64,000 nucleotides of DNA from Nitrospirota bacterium. Its GTDB lineage: Bacteria > Nitrospirota > UBA9217. Under the pieces are notes generated by a model, which was given only the letters and a program-made list of their open reading frames with translations, did not search any database and had not been told where the DNA came from. How positions within the stretch are numbered: position 1 is the first letter of the stretch; every line of letters starts with the position of its first letter. Of this stretch, positions 27,678-39,100 are shown one piece after another. The stretch lies in assembly GCA_963818475.1 (NCBI GenBank), contig CAWFSF010000006.1, positions 544,001 to 608,000 on the forward strand, given 5' to 3'. The position numbers were made by a program, and so were the translations under genes.

Positions 27678-28702
27678 TCTGGATCTCGAATAACCTGACA
27701 GGCAGGACTGCTCGAAAAGGATTCTTTGTCGCCATATCGGGCACCGCTATTCTTTATCTGATTATCGAACGGATGGGCCTGTTCCGGATGGGACCGGCGT
27801 CTTTTCGCGAGGTCCTTCACTCTGTTCCGATGAGGGGGCTCAGCATCTTCTGCGCAGTATACGCTCTGGTCGCGATCGTACCAACGGTCCGGAAACAGTC
27901 CTCGCGTCGGGCTCGGGCCGGATCTATTCTTTTTTTCATATCCATCCTTGTATTCGTTGCGGCCTTGTGGACAAGCGTGTATACGCGGTTCGAGGGCAAA
28001 GCGATACGGATGGAAAACACCGTCTTCAACGCCTTTAAACAGGATTATGTCCCGCCTACGCTATTCATTGCAAAACATGCGAAGCTGCCCGAGGTTGGCG
28101 TTCATATAACTAAGATCAGGCCCGCACCAGCCGCTGATATGCAAAGCATGACGGCGATCCATGCGGATATCAAGTATGCGGGAAGAACGACTTCGGGGAT
28201 TTTGCCGGGAACGCTCAGCGCGTCATGGCCCTTGGTTTCGGACTGGACCATGGTGAGCATCACAGACTTCGGCTACGCGGCGAAATATACGCTGTTCGAT
28301 CTCCGGCAGCAGGAACTTGAGTCGAATACACTGTTCATGAACCTCTTTCCCGCTGGAGCGGAAGATTATTTTGAGACGATGTTCCTGGGGTATGTTTTTT
28401 ATCTCAGGCTGTATCCGGACAGCATTAAACACGACGGGATCTACGGCACTCGGTCATTGGAGCCGAAGGACCCTCTCTATACCATGAGGATTGTGAGGCA
28501 CAAGGATATTGTCTACAACGGCCCCCTGAAGTCCGGGAAAAAGCTCCAGTTCGACAATGTGGTCATTTCCCTTGGCGAGCCGAAGATGTGGGTCGAAATG
28601 AGCTTTGTCCGGGACTTGGGCGTTCCTCTTGCTCTCGTGGGCTGCCTGCTGATGACAGGGGCGATAGCGATCTTTCTTATCGACGGCCATGCGAGACGAT
28701 AG
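27674..28702 (+). CDS. ResB/Ccs1-like cytochrome c biogenesis membrane protein
   Basis: Three N-terminal TMs, RFEG, large periplasmic loop, VRDLG.PL...G C-terminal TM; next to multiheme genes. Confidence 0.55.
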   Translation: MIWISNNLTGRTARKGFFVAISGTAILYLIIERMGLFRMGPASFREVLHSVPMRGLSIFCAVYALVAIVPTVRKQSSRRARAGSILFFISILVFVAALWTSVYTRFEGKAIRMENTVFNAFKQDYVPPTLFIAKHAKLPEVGVHITKIRPAPAADMQSMTAIHADIKYAGRTTSGILPGTLSASWPLVSDWTMVSITDFGYAAKYTLFDLRQQELESNTLFMNLFPAGAEDYFETMFLGYVFYLRLYPDSIKHDGIYGTRSLEPKDPLYTMRIVRHKDIVYNGPLKSGKKLQFDNVVISLGEPKMWVEMSFVRDLGVPLALVGCLLMTGAIAIFLIDGHARR

Positions 28703-28725
28703 AACGAGATACTTCGTTTTTATTC

Positions 28726-28754
28726 TTGACAAACCCTCTGAAATTTCATACAAT
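28726..28754 (+). promoter_or_regulatory. Sigma70 promoter for tRNA-Val and thrS
   Basis: TTGACA-N17-TACAAT. Confidence 0.75.
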
Positions 28755-28780
28755 TCGCTCTCGTTTGGAAATCTGCGTAT

Positions 28781-28855
28781 AGGCTCGTAGCTCAGGGGGA
28801 GAGCGCTACCTTGACACGGTAGAGGTCGGCGGTTCGAAACCGCCCGGGCCTACCA
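28781..28855 (+). tRNA. tRNA-Val (GAC)
   Basis: CTACC-TTGACAC-GGTAG anticodon arm, GGTTCGAAA, CCA. Confidence 0.97.
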
Positions 28856-28906
28856 TTTTTTCGCAACATTGTGGTAGGACTATCATACAAACCGTGATTA
28901 CTTTCT

Positions 28907-30829
28907 ATGAATGAAATACACCTCAGGCTGCCTGACGGTTCGGAAAAAAAGTATGCCGCTGGCATCACCGGTCAGGAAGTTGCCGAGAAAATCGGCTCTC
29001 GCCTTGCAAAGGACGCGCTGGTTATCAAGATCAATGGCCAGTTGCAGGATCTAAAAACCCCCGTAGAACAGAATTCCTCGGTAGAGATCGTAACCTTTGA
29101 CGCCCAAGAGGGACAGTCCGTATACTGGCACAGCACAGCACACCTGTTGGCGCATGCGGTGAAGCAGCTGTATCCCCAAATAAAGCTTGCGATCGGTCCC
29201 GCGATCGAAGAGGGCTTTTACTACGACTTCGATTTCGAGCGGCCCTTTACGCCCGAGGACCTCTCAAAGATAGAAAAAAAGATGGCGGACCTGGCCAAAG
29301 CGGCAGCGCCGGTCGTCAGAAAAACACTTTCCAAGGCGGAAGCCCTGGCGTTCTTTCAAAACAGATCGGAAGACTACAAGGTAGAGCTTATCAACGAGCT
29401 CCCCGACGGCGACGTGATCTCGATCTACGAACAGGGCGATTTCGCCGACCTTTGCCGGGGGCCGCATGTTCCCTCAACGTCGAAGATCAAGGCCGTGAAG
29501 CTCCTCTCGGTGGCAGGCGCCTACTGGCGCGGCAGCGAGAAGAACAAGATGCTTCAGCGGATCTACGGCATCTCGTTCACGACCAAGGATGCGCTGGATG
29601 CCTATCTGACGAGGCTTGAGGAGATCAAGCGGCGCGACCACCGCAAGCTCGGCAAGGACCTGGACCTCTTCTCCGTGTCCGATGAGGTGGGCGGCGGGCT
29701 GGTCCTGTGGCATCCCCGGGGTGCGCTGATCAGGAAGACCATCGAGGATTTCTGGCGCGATGAACACCAGCGGAACGGCTACGATTTTGTCTATTCTCCC
29801 CATGTGGGCCGCGCCAATCTGTGGGAGACGTCGGGCCATCTCGGATTTTACCGGGAGAACATGTATTCCTCCATGGACGTGGAAGGGCAGGAGTATTATG
29901 TAAAACCGATGAACTGCCCGTTCCACATCATGATCTACAAGAACAAGCTCCGGTCGTACCGCGAGCTGCCGCTGCGCTACGCTGAGCTCGGCACCGTCTA
30001 CCGGTTCGAGCGCTCGGGCGTGTTGCACGGTCTGCTGCGCGTGCGTGGCTTTACGCAGGATGACGCCCATATCTTCGTGGCGCCGGAGGATATGGAAACA
30101 GAGGTTATCCGGGTCATCGGTTTTGTCGTAAAGATGCTCAGGACCTTCGGATTCGAGGATTTCAAGGCCTATATCGCGACCCGGCCGGAAAAGTCTGTCG
30201 GTGATAACGCAGTGTGGGATCAGGCAACGCAAGCACTTAAGGTTGCCGCTGAAAAGGTTAATCTCGGATACGAAATCGATGAAGGCGGCGGAGCATTCTA
30301 CGGCCCCAAGATCGATATCAAGATCAAGGATGCGCTGGGCAGGCTTTGGCAGTGCTCCACGGTCCAATTCGACTTCAACATGTCGGAGCGATTCGACATG
30401 AGCTTTACTGGCGTTGATAATCAGGCGCATCGACCCTATATGATCCATCGGGCGCTTTTAGGATCTATTGAACGCTTCTTCGGCATGCTGATCGAGCACT
30501 ATGCCGGGGCGTTCCCAGCCTGGCTGGCGCCGGTGCAGGCGAAAGTGATGTCCATCACGGACAAGCAGTTCGAGTATGCGAAGAGCGTGCGGGACCAGCT
30601 CCTTGCCGCGGGGATCCGGGCGGAGCTTGACTCCCGCTCGGAAAAGATCGGGTTCAAGATCCGGGAAGCGGCCATGGAAAAAGTCCCTTATATTCTTGTG
30701 GTCGGAGAAAAAGAAGTGGAGCAGAACGCTGTTGCGGTGCGCGAGCGCGGAGGCAAGGACCTCGGCGCCATGCCGCTTAATGAACTCATTTCGATCCTGC
30801 AGGAAAAGATCAGGAATAAAAGCAACTAA
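28907..30829 (+). CDS. thrS: Threonine--tRNA ligase
   Basis: TGS domain, HSTAH, DLCRGPH, RDHRKLG, KPMNCP, RVRGFTQDDAH, GAFYGPKID. Confidence 0.99.
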   Translation: MNEIHLRLPDGSEKKYAAGITGQEVAEKIGSRLAKDALVIKINGQLQDLKTPVEQNSSVEIVTFDAQEGQSVYWHSTAHLLAHAVKQLYPQIKLAIGPAIEEGFYYDFDFERPFTPEDLSKIEKKMADLAKAAAPVVRKTLSKAEALAFFQNRSEDYKVELINELPDGDVISIYEQGDFADLCRGPHVPSTSKIKAVKLLSVAGAYWRGSEKNKMLQRIYGISFTTKDALDAYLTRLEEIKRRDHRKLGKDLDLFSVSDEVGGGLVLWHPRGALIRKTIEDFWRDEHQRNGYDFVYSPHVGRANLWETSGHLGFYRENMYSSMDVEGQEYYVKPMNCPFHIMIYKNKLRSYRELPLRYAELGTVYRFERSGVLHGLLRVRGFTQDDAHIFVAPEDMETEVIRVIGFVVKMLRTFGFEDFKAYIATRPEKSVGDNAVWDQATQALKVAAEKVNLGYEIDEGGGAFYGPKIDIKIKDALGRLWQCSTVQFDFNMSERFDMSFTGVDNQAHRPYMIHRALLGSIERFFGMLIEHYAGAFPAWLAPVQAKVMSITDKQFEYAKSVRDQLLAAGIRAELDSRSEKIGFKIREAAMEKVPYILVVGEKEVEQNAVAVRERGGKDLGAMPLNELISILQEKIRNKSN

Positions 30830-30852
30830 ACAATCCGAGGGGGTGATTACGT

Positions 30853-31371
30853 ATCAGTAAAATTACAACAAGAATCAACTACATGATCAGAGTGAAGGAT
30901 GTTCGCGTTATTTCTTCCGAAGGCGAGCAGCTTGGGGTCATGCTCGTGCGGGATGCCATCAAGCAGGCCGAAGACCTGGGGCTGGATCTGGTCGAGGTTG
31001 CGCCGACGGCAAATCCTCCGGTCTGCCGCATCATGGATTTCGGAAAATATAAGTACGAAATGGCCAAAAAAGCGGCCGAATCCAGGAAGCACCAGACCGT
31101 CATCATCGTAAAGGAGATCAAGCTCCGGCCGAGGACGGACGATCATGATGTAGAGTTTAAGACCAATAATATCAAACGCTTCCTCGCAGAAGGCAATAAG
31201 GTCAAGGTGACCATCATGTTCCGCGGCCGGGAAATGGCCCACACCTCCTACGGCAGGGCGGTCTTGGACCGCATCCTGAAGGAGCTTGAGTCCGAGGCGA
31301 TTGTAGAACAGAACATTCGCATGGAAGGCAAGAACATGACACTGCTGCTCGGTCCCAAGACCAAGGTGTAA
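30853..31371 (+). CDS. infC: Translation initiation factor IF-3 (non-canonical ATC start)
   Basis: SD GAGGGGGTG then in-frame ATC AGT AAA...RINYMIR; LDLVEV, PPVCRIMDFGKY, KVTIMFRGRE. Confidence 0.95.
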   Translation: MSKITTRINYMIRVKDVRVISSEGEQLGVMLVRDAIKQAEDLGLDLVEVAPTANPPVCRIMDFGKYKYEMAKKAAESRKHQTVIIVKEIKLRPRTDDHDVEFKTNNIKRFLAEGNKVKVTIMFRGREMAHTSYGRAVLDRILKELESEAIVEQNIRMEGKNMTLLLGPKTKV

Positions 31372-31490
31372 GAACGCGGGTGAGCTCGAATCATTCATAG
31401 GACATAGGAACAGAGAAGCATATCCTTCTCTGTCAATTATTCAAGAGACCCTGGTGGCAGATACCACGCAGATGTCGGAAAGGAAAGATC

Positions 31491-31697
31491 ATGGCTAAGC
31501 AGAAACTGAAGACCAACCGCAGCGCAGCCAAGCGGATGAAGGTGACCGCCTCGGGAAAAGTGAAGAGAGGCCAGGCCGGAAAGCGGCACCTCCTCACCTC
31601 GAAAGGCCCGTCGCGCAAGGGCAGCCTGAAAAAAAGCGTTCTTGTCGCCCCGGAGAATATGAAGAACGTAAGGCGGATGATGCCCTACGGGTTTTAA
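31491..31697 (+). CDS. rpmI: 50S ribosomal protein L35
   Basis: KLKTNRSAAKRMKVTASGKVKR...HLLTSK; between infC and rplT. Confidence 0.97.
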   Translation: MAKQKLKTNRSAAKRMKVTASGKVKRGQAGKRHLLTSKGPSRKGSLKKSVLVAPENMKNVRRMMPYGF

Positions 31698-31805
31698 GGG
31701 CAGGCAGCTGTCTGCACCATACAATTCAGATTAGGGATGCAGGATGTCCTGTCTGAAAAAACATGAATCACGCATTCTGTGCAATGATTCAAGGAGGGAG
31801 AAAAT

Positions 31806-32159
31806 ATGCCGAGAGCAAAAGGCGGCCCCAAAACGCGGGCCAGAAGAAAACGGGTGCTCAACCTGGCAGAGGGATTCTGGGGAGCAAAGTCCAAGCTGTA
31901 CCGCTCCGCAACCGAAGCCGTTGATCGTGCACTTAAGTACGCCTACAGAGACCGGAAAGCCCGGAAAAGGGATTTCCGCAGGCTCTGGATTGCGCGCATC
32001 AATGCTGCCGCAAGGCTGAACGGCCTGTCCTACAGCCGGTTCATCAACGGTCTTACCAAGTCGGGCATTGCCCTGGACAGGAAGATCCTTGCGGACATGG
32101 CAGTGACAGATCCTGCCAGCTTTACCAAGCTGGTAGACTCCGTAAAAGTTGCATCATAG
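31806..32159 (+). CDS. rplT: 50S ribosomal protein L20
   Basis: MPRAKGG...[26 protein letters not shown]. Confidence 0.99.
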   Translation: MPRAKGGPKTRARRKRVLNLAEGFWGAKSKLYRSATEAVDRALKYAYRDRKARKRDFRRLWIARINAAARLNGLSYSRFINGLTKSGIALDRKILADMAVTDPASFTKLVDSVKVAS

Positions 32160-32195
32160 CCTGATCAGTACCAGTTGATCGGACAACGTATTGAC

Positions 32196-32222
32196 GGCCC
32201 CGGATGATCGGGGCCTTTTTTT
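32196..32222 (+). terminator. Rho-independent terminator
   Basis: GGCCCCG-gatgat-CGGGGCC-T7. Confidence 0.85.
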
Positions 32223-32348
32223 ATTTGGTCTCAGTCTGCTTCCTCTTCCGGGCCCGGCTGGTTTACCGGACGGCCTGGCAAGTTTCTGCCGATGTTCTTT
32301 TTCATTGACTTATCAGCTCAATTCGGTTAAAAAAACAACAGGAATATT

Positions 32349-34193
32349 ATGATGATGACACGCGGCCGTTCATGTCTTGCGGCTTTTATGGCTAGCGCCA
32401 TCTCGCTTTTATTTGCCGCCTACGCTTACCCGTCCTATAACACCGAGGCCGGGCATAAGTATGCTGTCGCCTCTCAACGCCGTGCCGACCTGAAAAAATC
32501 CCCTAACAAAAAGAAGTATCGCTCCTATTGGATCGATTGCATACGGACCTTTGAGCTGGTAGAGAAGAACTATCCGAAAAGCCCGGATGCAGGCGATGCC
32601 TGTCTGGACCGGGCGGAATTGTATCGTGAGCTCTTCAAGTTCAGCAATTATCCCCGCGACCTGAACTCCTCGCTGCGAACCTATGCCGGTTGCCAGTCTT
32701 CCTATCCTCAGCACCAGAAAGCGCCTGAAGCGCTTTTTCAAGTGATCGACATCTCCCTTGCTCAGAAAAAAGACCGAGCCGCAGCGCTCAAGACGTATGA
32801 GCAGCTGGCGCAGACCTACGCCGGAAGTCCCTGGACCGGCAAGGCCAGGGCGCGGCTTGGCCTTGCCGGCAAGGTCAGTAAAAAAGACACGGAACTTCGT
32901 CCCATGCCGGTGCCTCGCATAGCTGCTCCGGGAGCTGCAAAGCGTGTCGGAGTAGTAACGAGCATCAGGCACAGGTCCGGTGGCGCTTATACCCGCATCG
33001 TGATCGATCAGACCGGTTCCGTGCGGTTTCAGGCCAGCGAACTCAAAAATCCCGACCGTCTGGTGTTCGACCTGGTCAATACCCGTATGGATATGGATGA
33101 TACCCTTAACTCTTACTCCCTCCCGGTGAACGACGGGATTCTGAAGCAGGTGCGGGCAAGCCAGCATGACCCTGATACGGTCCGCATCGTTCTTGACCTG
33201 GCGAGCCTTAAAAACTATGTAGCATTTCCGCTCCACAACCCTGAGCGCCTGGTGATCGATGTGACCGGCGAAAGCAGTGCAGCCGGTGCAGCCGGTTTCG
33301 GACAGCCCGAAACGACCACTACTGAGACCAACAGCCTGATACAGCAGACAGAACCATTACCGGGTGTACAACAGGAGCAGCCGAACCTTGCGGCCCCTGC
33401 CACGCGCCCCACGGATACGGCTCCGCGCCCCTCGCCGAACAGCAACGATGATATGAAACTGTCCCTGTCACGTCAACTCGGACTCAAGGTCAAGACTATC
33501 GCCATCGATGCAGGCCATGGCGGGCATGATCCGGGGGCCATGAGCAAAAATGGCCTCAAGGAAAAAACGATTACCCTCGATATTGCAAAGAGGCTCGCTG
33601 TCCTCGTGAAGGACCGGTTGGGGTGCGATGTGGTCATGACCCGTGACAAGGACGTGTTCATTCCGCTTGAAGATCGGCCGGCCATCGCCAAAACAAAAGG
33701 GGCTGACCTTTTTGTCTCCATCCACGTGAACGCGAACCGGAAGCGAAAGGCAAAAGGGGTCGAGACTTATATTCAGAGCCTCAGGGCCTCGGACCGCGAA
33801 GCCATGGTAACGGCCGCGCGCGAGAACGCCATGTCCACCAAAAATATGAGCGAACTCAAATCTGAGCTGGACAGGATATTTGCTGATCTGGCCAAGGATG
33901 ACAAGCTTGAAGAATCACTTCAGCTTGCCCATACGGTGCAGACCTCGCTGGTGGAGACCATGAAGCCAGTGCAGGGGCATGTGGTCAACCTGGGAGTGAA
34001 AAGAGCGTTCTTCTATGTGCTTATCAATACGGAGATGCCGAGCATCCTGGCGGAGGTGGGTTTCATCAGCAATCCTGATGAGGAAAAACTTCTTCGAACG
34101 GAGTCGTACCGACAGGCAATTGCCGAGGCGCTGTATCAAGGCGTGAGAAATTACGTTTCTGACCGGTCGCCCCAGATGATGGTGGGAATATGA
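32349..34193 (+). CDS. N-acetylmuramoyl-L-alanine amidase (TPR-like, AMIN and Amidase_3 domains)
   Basis: TRIVID, PDRLVFDL (AMIN); IDAGHGGHDPGA, FVSIHVN, SILAEVGFISN. Confidence 0.92.
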   Translation: MMMTRGRSCLAAFMASAISLLFAAYAYPSYNTEAGHKYAVASQRRADLKKSPNKKKYRSYWIDCIRTFELVEKNYPKSPDAGDACLDRAELYRELFKFSNYPRDLNSSLRTYAGCQSSYPQHQKAPEALFQVIDISLAQKKDRAAALKTYEQLAQTYAGSPWTGKARARLGLAGKVSKKDTELRPMPVPRIAAPGAAKRVGVVTSIRHRSGGAYTRIVIDQTGSVRFQASELKNPDRLVFDLVNTRMDMDDTLNSYSLPVNDGILKQVRASQHDPDTVRIVLDLASLKNYVAFPLHNPERLVIDVTGESSAAGAAGFGQPETTTTETNSLIQQTEPLPGVQQEQPNLAAPATRPTDTAPRPSPNSNDDMKLSLSRQLGLKVKTIAIDAGHGGHDPGAMSKNGLKEKTITLDIAKRLAVLVKDRLGCDVVMTRDKDVFIPLEDRPAIAKTKGADLFVSIHVNANRKRKAKGVETYIQSLRASDREAMVTAARENAMSTKNMSELKSELDRIFADLAKDDKLEESLQLAHTVQTSLVETMKPVQGHVVNLGVKRAFFYVLINTEMPSILAEVGFISNPDEEKLLRTESYRQAIAEALYQGVRNYVSDRSPQMMVGI

Positions 34194-34227
34194 TTTCAAA
34201 TGCGGATTGGGAATGAAAACAGAACGT

Positions 34228-34313
34228 CCTGAACCCTGAACCCTGAACCTGCTGAACCCTGAACCCTGAACCCTGAACCCTGAACCCTGAACCCTGAACC
34301 CTGAACCCTGAAC
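34228..34313. repeat. Heptamer tandem repeat (CCTGAAC) x12, one variant unit
   Basis: 3 units, then CTGCTGAAC, then 8 units, ending at the prfB stop codon. Confidence 0.95.
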
Positions 34314-35424
34314 CTATCCCTTCACCCCGCTGCTTGCAATCAAGAAGGCTTCGATGTACTGGTCGATATCGCCGTCCATGACGGCCGTGACGTTCCCGGA
34401 CTCAGCGCCGGTGCGGTGGTCCTTCACCATCTGGTAGGGCTGGAACACGTAGGACCGGATCTGGCTTCCCCAGGCAATATCCTTCTTTTCGCTCATGAGC
34501 TTTTCGACCTTCTCGTCCAGCTCTTTTTTCCGCACCTCATACAACCGCGACCGCAGCACCTTCATGGCTACGTTCTTGTTCTTGAGCTGAGAACGCTCGT
34601 TCTGGCACTGGACCACGATGTTGGTCGGCAGATGGGTGATGCGCACGGCAGAATCGGTCTTGTTCACATGCTGGCCGCCGGCGCTCGATGCGCGGTAGGT
34701 GTCGATGCGCAGGTCCTTCTCGTCGATGGTGATGTCGACGTCCTCCTCGACCTCGGGGTAGACGTGGACCGACGCGAAAGAGGTGTGCCGTCGTTTGTTG
34801 GCGTCAAAAGGGGATATGCGGACGAGGCGGTGAACGCCGGCCTCCGCCTTCATTCTGCCGTATGCGTAGTCGCCGAGGACCATGAACGTGACGGACTTGA
34901 CGCCCGCTTCGTCGCCGTTCTGATAGTCGAGGATCTCGGTCCCGTACCCGCGTTTCTCGGCCCAGCGCAGATACATGCGCATCAGCATCTCGGCCCAGTC
35001 CTGGGCCTCGGTGCCGCCCGCGCCGGGATGGATCGAGACGATGGCGTTTGACAGGTCCCGCTCACCCGACAGCAAGGCAGCCACTTCTGCTGTTGCGAGG
35101 TCCTTCTGCATGCCCACGATCTCGCGTTCCAGATCAGCGAGCAGGGCCTGACCGCCTTCTTCGGAGACCAGTTCGGCCATGGCCTCAAGATCGTTTACCC
35201 GCCGGGCAAACGTTCCCCAGTCCTTGAGCGCCCGCTCGATCGCTGCTTTTTCCTTCAAAACGACATTTGCTTTGTCGGAGTTGTTCCAGAAACCGGAGGT
35301 TTCGGTAAGGCTGGTGAGTTCGGCTAAGCGCGCTTCCTTGGCAGGGGTGTCAAAGATGCCTCCGCAGGGTCTCGACCCTGCCGTTTATTTTGTCCAATTC
35401 CTGCTTAGCGTCTTCTAAAAGCAT
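34314..35424 (-). CDS. prfB: Peptide chain release factor 2 with programmed +1 frameshift
   Basis: ATG 35424, 24 codons to CTT TGA C (35355-35349) with internal SD GGAGG; GGQ and SPF motifs in the downstream frame. Confidence 0.97.
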
Positions 35425-35640
35425 GCCGTTCTCCTGCCAGTGCGGTTAAAAACTGAAGCGGATTATACCATAGCCCGCAGCAACAAGCAAAGTTAAAGAT
35501 ACCATTTGGGTTTAAACCTGATGCATTAATGAGCTTCATTTACACCGGAATCATGTAGCCCTGGGTATAGTGAATGGAGATGCTCTTTTATTGAGGGATA
35601 GTGTTATTCTTTTACTCTTTGCAGCTCAAAAAAAAATACG

Positions 35641-35666
35641 GTCACCTGTCAGTTTTGACAGGTGAC
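35641..35666. promoter_or_regulatory. Perfect 11-bp inverted repeat in the divergent prfB / giant-gene intergenic region
   Basis: GTCACCTGTCA-gttt-TGACAGGTGAC. Confidence 0.5.
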
Positions 35667-36125
35667 ATGCGAGACGACTTAATAGTATACTGCCGGCACT
35701 TAAAATGGAATACTGATACAAAGTTATTCAAATGCTTTATTGGTGTTTGAAACGAAGAGTTTGTTAAATAAAAATAACCAAAAGATGATAATGGGAATGA
35801 ACTCTTATCTTAAGCGCCAACTGTTTTGACTATTTCGACTGCGCAAGCAAAATTTGTATCGCTGGAAGTCACATAATGCAACTTTCCGTCTATACCCTTA
35901 AAAGGGCCCGACATCAACTCTGGCCGCTGATAGCAATGCGATTATCATCGCCTTAACATTTTTTATAGTTCATGCCATGTAAAATTAGAATTTTAGGTTG
36001 AAAAACATTTTAAGTATGCTATAGTCACGCACTTTCATTTACAAATGATCACCATTACTAGAAGCATACCTGTCTGCTGCGAAAAGAAATCGGGCGAATC
36101 GTTTTATTATTGCTGAAAGGATCGA

Positions 36126-39100
36126 ATGACTTTGAGCGTACTTCACATAATCGGGCGTTCCCTGCGAAGTAAAAGACCAGGTACTACGATCATCATCGGT
36201 CTACTTTGTTCGCTGTTGTTCCTCTCCTCCCTGTCCTATGCTCTTATCGATCAAACCCTTTTCGGTCCCAAGCGCTACGATCGTCTCAAGGGCAAACCCA
36301 CGGTTTACACCGACACCTTCAAAGGCTGCAAGAACGGTCAGGCCGTCATCCGCATAACGAACGGCGACAGCAAGGACACGAGGATCACGGCGGCTGAGAT
36401 ATCCGTCAATAACCACCTTATTGCATGGGACAAGGATTTCAAGAAGCAAACCCCTTACTTCGAGAGAGTCGTTACCCTCGGGGACATCAATACTCTTACC
36501 GTAAAACTTAAAAGCGGCCGACACGAAGGATTCGATAAGCAGAACAACAATCATAAAAGCGACCTTAAAAAAGCATCCGCTTCCCGGGGCCATGAAAAAG
36601 TAGATGACCATGATCATCAGAGCGCTTCTTTCCTGATCATCGAGGTTCTCGGCAGGGGCTGCGGCGGAACTTCCGACAGCATTGCTCCGATCATATCGCA
36701 CCCTCAGCCCGCGGACGGAACGCTTCTGAACGGTACCGTTCCAGCCATTTCCGTAGAATACGCTGATGACCCGAACGGTTCGGGAATCGATATCGCCTCG
36801 GCCCGGCTCGCGATCGACAACGGAGATGTGACCGCGTCATCAGTAGTCACGCTCACGGGCATCAGTTACACGCCCTCGTCCAACCTGCCCGAAGGATTCC
36901 ATACGGCGACCGTCACCGTGTCGGACCTGTCGAAGAATCCCGCGAGCCTGACCTGGCACTTCACGACTGACACCGTGGCACCCGTTGCCACGATCACTTC
37001 CCATAAGAACAACCAGTACCTCAACACCCCGACGATCAGCATTTCCGGCAGCGTAGATGATCCCACCGCAACCGTGACCGTGAACAACACGAATGCCTCG
37101 GTCTCGGGAAACACATTCACGCTGTCTAATCTTGCATTGTCCGAAGGACAGAACACGATCACGGCAGTGGCCAAAGACACTGCGGGCAACAGCGGCAAGG
37201 ACAGCATCACGATCAATCTCGATAGCATTGCACCCGCCCCCCCGGTAATAACCCAGCCTGGTACTCCCACGAACGGCGGAAGCATTACCCTTAACGGTGC
37301 TGCCGAAGCCCTGTCGATTGTCAAGATCTACGCCGGGCAAGGCGGTGCTGCTCTTGTCGGAACGGTAGCAGCCGATGCCCAGGGAATGTTCACCCTGAGT
37401 AGCGTCACCCTCGCCGAGGGCGACAATGCTTTTATTGCCACGGCAACGGATGCAACAGGGAATACCGGCAACCCCTCCACGCAGGTCTCGGTCATGCTCG
37501 ACACCGCGGTCCCGATCGTAACCATAACAGCGCCCCAGGCCGATGCCTGGTTCAAGACGCCGGCCGTAACGGTCACGGGCACGGTCAATGAAACTGTTAC
37601 AACGATCACGGTTAACGGGATGCCTGCAACGATCACGGGAGCCGGCTTCAGCCTCGCCGGGGTCCAGCTCGCGGAAGGGCAGAACACCATCGCCGTCGTT
37701 GCAACCGACCTTGCCAATAACCCCGGCGCGGGCAGCGTTCCGGTAATGCTCGACACCATTGCTCCGGTAATTACCATCACGGCGCCGGTAAATGGTTCCT
37801 ACGTAAACACGCCTAAGATCACGGTCGCGGGCAGCATCATTGAACTCAATCCCCTGGAAGTCCGGGTCAATGGTACCCAGATCCCAATTCCGAACGGAGA
37901 TTTCAGCCTTCCGGACATTGCGCTTGCAGAAGGGTTGAACACTATCACCGTTAGCGCAAAGGACAAGGCCGGGAACGAGTCAACGACGTCGGTCACCCTT
38001 ACCCTCGACACCATCGTGCCCCAGATCACGATATCCTCTCCTGCACCGGGGTTGCTCACCCGTACCGCGCAGATCGCGGTCTCCGGTACGGTAAGCGAGG
38101 CCGGCACGGAGGTCACGGTAAACACCACCGCGGCGCTCGTGAGCGGCCAGACGTATAGTGTATTGTATACGCTCAGCGAGGAGCAGAACTCCCTTGTCGC
38201 AAGCGCGACAGACCGCGCCGGGAACACCGGCACAGCAAGCATCACCGTAACGCTCGACAGCACGCCGCCGTCGCCGCCGGTCATCACACCCCTTGCCACG
38301 CCTTCACCCACGCCGATCGTCGTGGTGAACGGCACGTCCGAGCCCGCTTCCACGGTGCACATATACATGACAACGGGCCAGACCACGGCCGTTCTTGCCG
38401 GCACGGTTACTGCAGACGCACAAGGGAGCTTTAGCCTCGCAGACGTAACGCTTGCCGAAGGGATCACCACCTTTACCGCAACTGCCACGGACTCCTTGGG
38501 CAACACCAGCGACACGTCTGCCCCGGTCTCCGTCGAAAAAGACACAACTCCCCCGGTCATCACGGTCGCGAGCCCGTCCAACAATTCCTACACGAGCATC
38601 GCGATAGTCCCGGTCAATGGTTCTCTGGACGACGCAACAGCGAAGCTCATGATCAAGGGGGCAGAGGTCCCGCTCGATGGCATGAACTTCGAGACAACCG
38701 TGACGATTACCGAAGGACTGAACAGTATTTTGTTTACTGCCGAAGATCCGTCGGCGAACACGTCAAGCAAAACACTATTCATTACCCTCGACACCGTGGT
38801 CCCCGCAGTTACGATTACGTCGCCGTTGAACAACGCCCTCGTAACTTCTTCGCAGGTGTCTGTTGGCGGAACGGTGAACGAAGCCGTCACTTCCGTGAGT
38901 GTCAACGGGACCAGTGCGCTGGTTTCGGGCTCGAGCTACAGCCTCTCCACCTACACCCTTTCTGAAGGACAAAACACGATCACGGTGGAGGCGGTCGACC
39001 GGGCAGGGAACAAGGGAACCGCGAGCGTGAACGTTACGCTCGACAGCATTGTCCCGACGGTGAGTCTCTCTGCCCCGGCCCAGGCCGCGGCAGGAGCTAA

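Noticed and set aside
30853-30885. Non-ATG start of infC as a novelty
   Set aside because: Non-canonical starts are the established autoregulation mechanism of infC
34228-34313. Telomere-like (TTCAGGG)n repeat suggesting a eukaryotic or linear end
   Set aside because: Internal, short and between ordinary bacterial genes; treated as a simple tandem repeat
35349-35355. prfB internal stop as a pseudogene or novel recoding
   Set aside because: It is the well-known RF2 autoregulatory CTT TGA +1 frameshift
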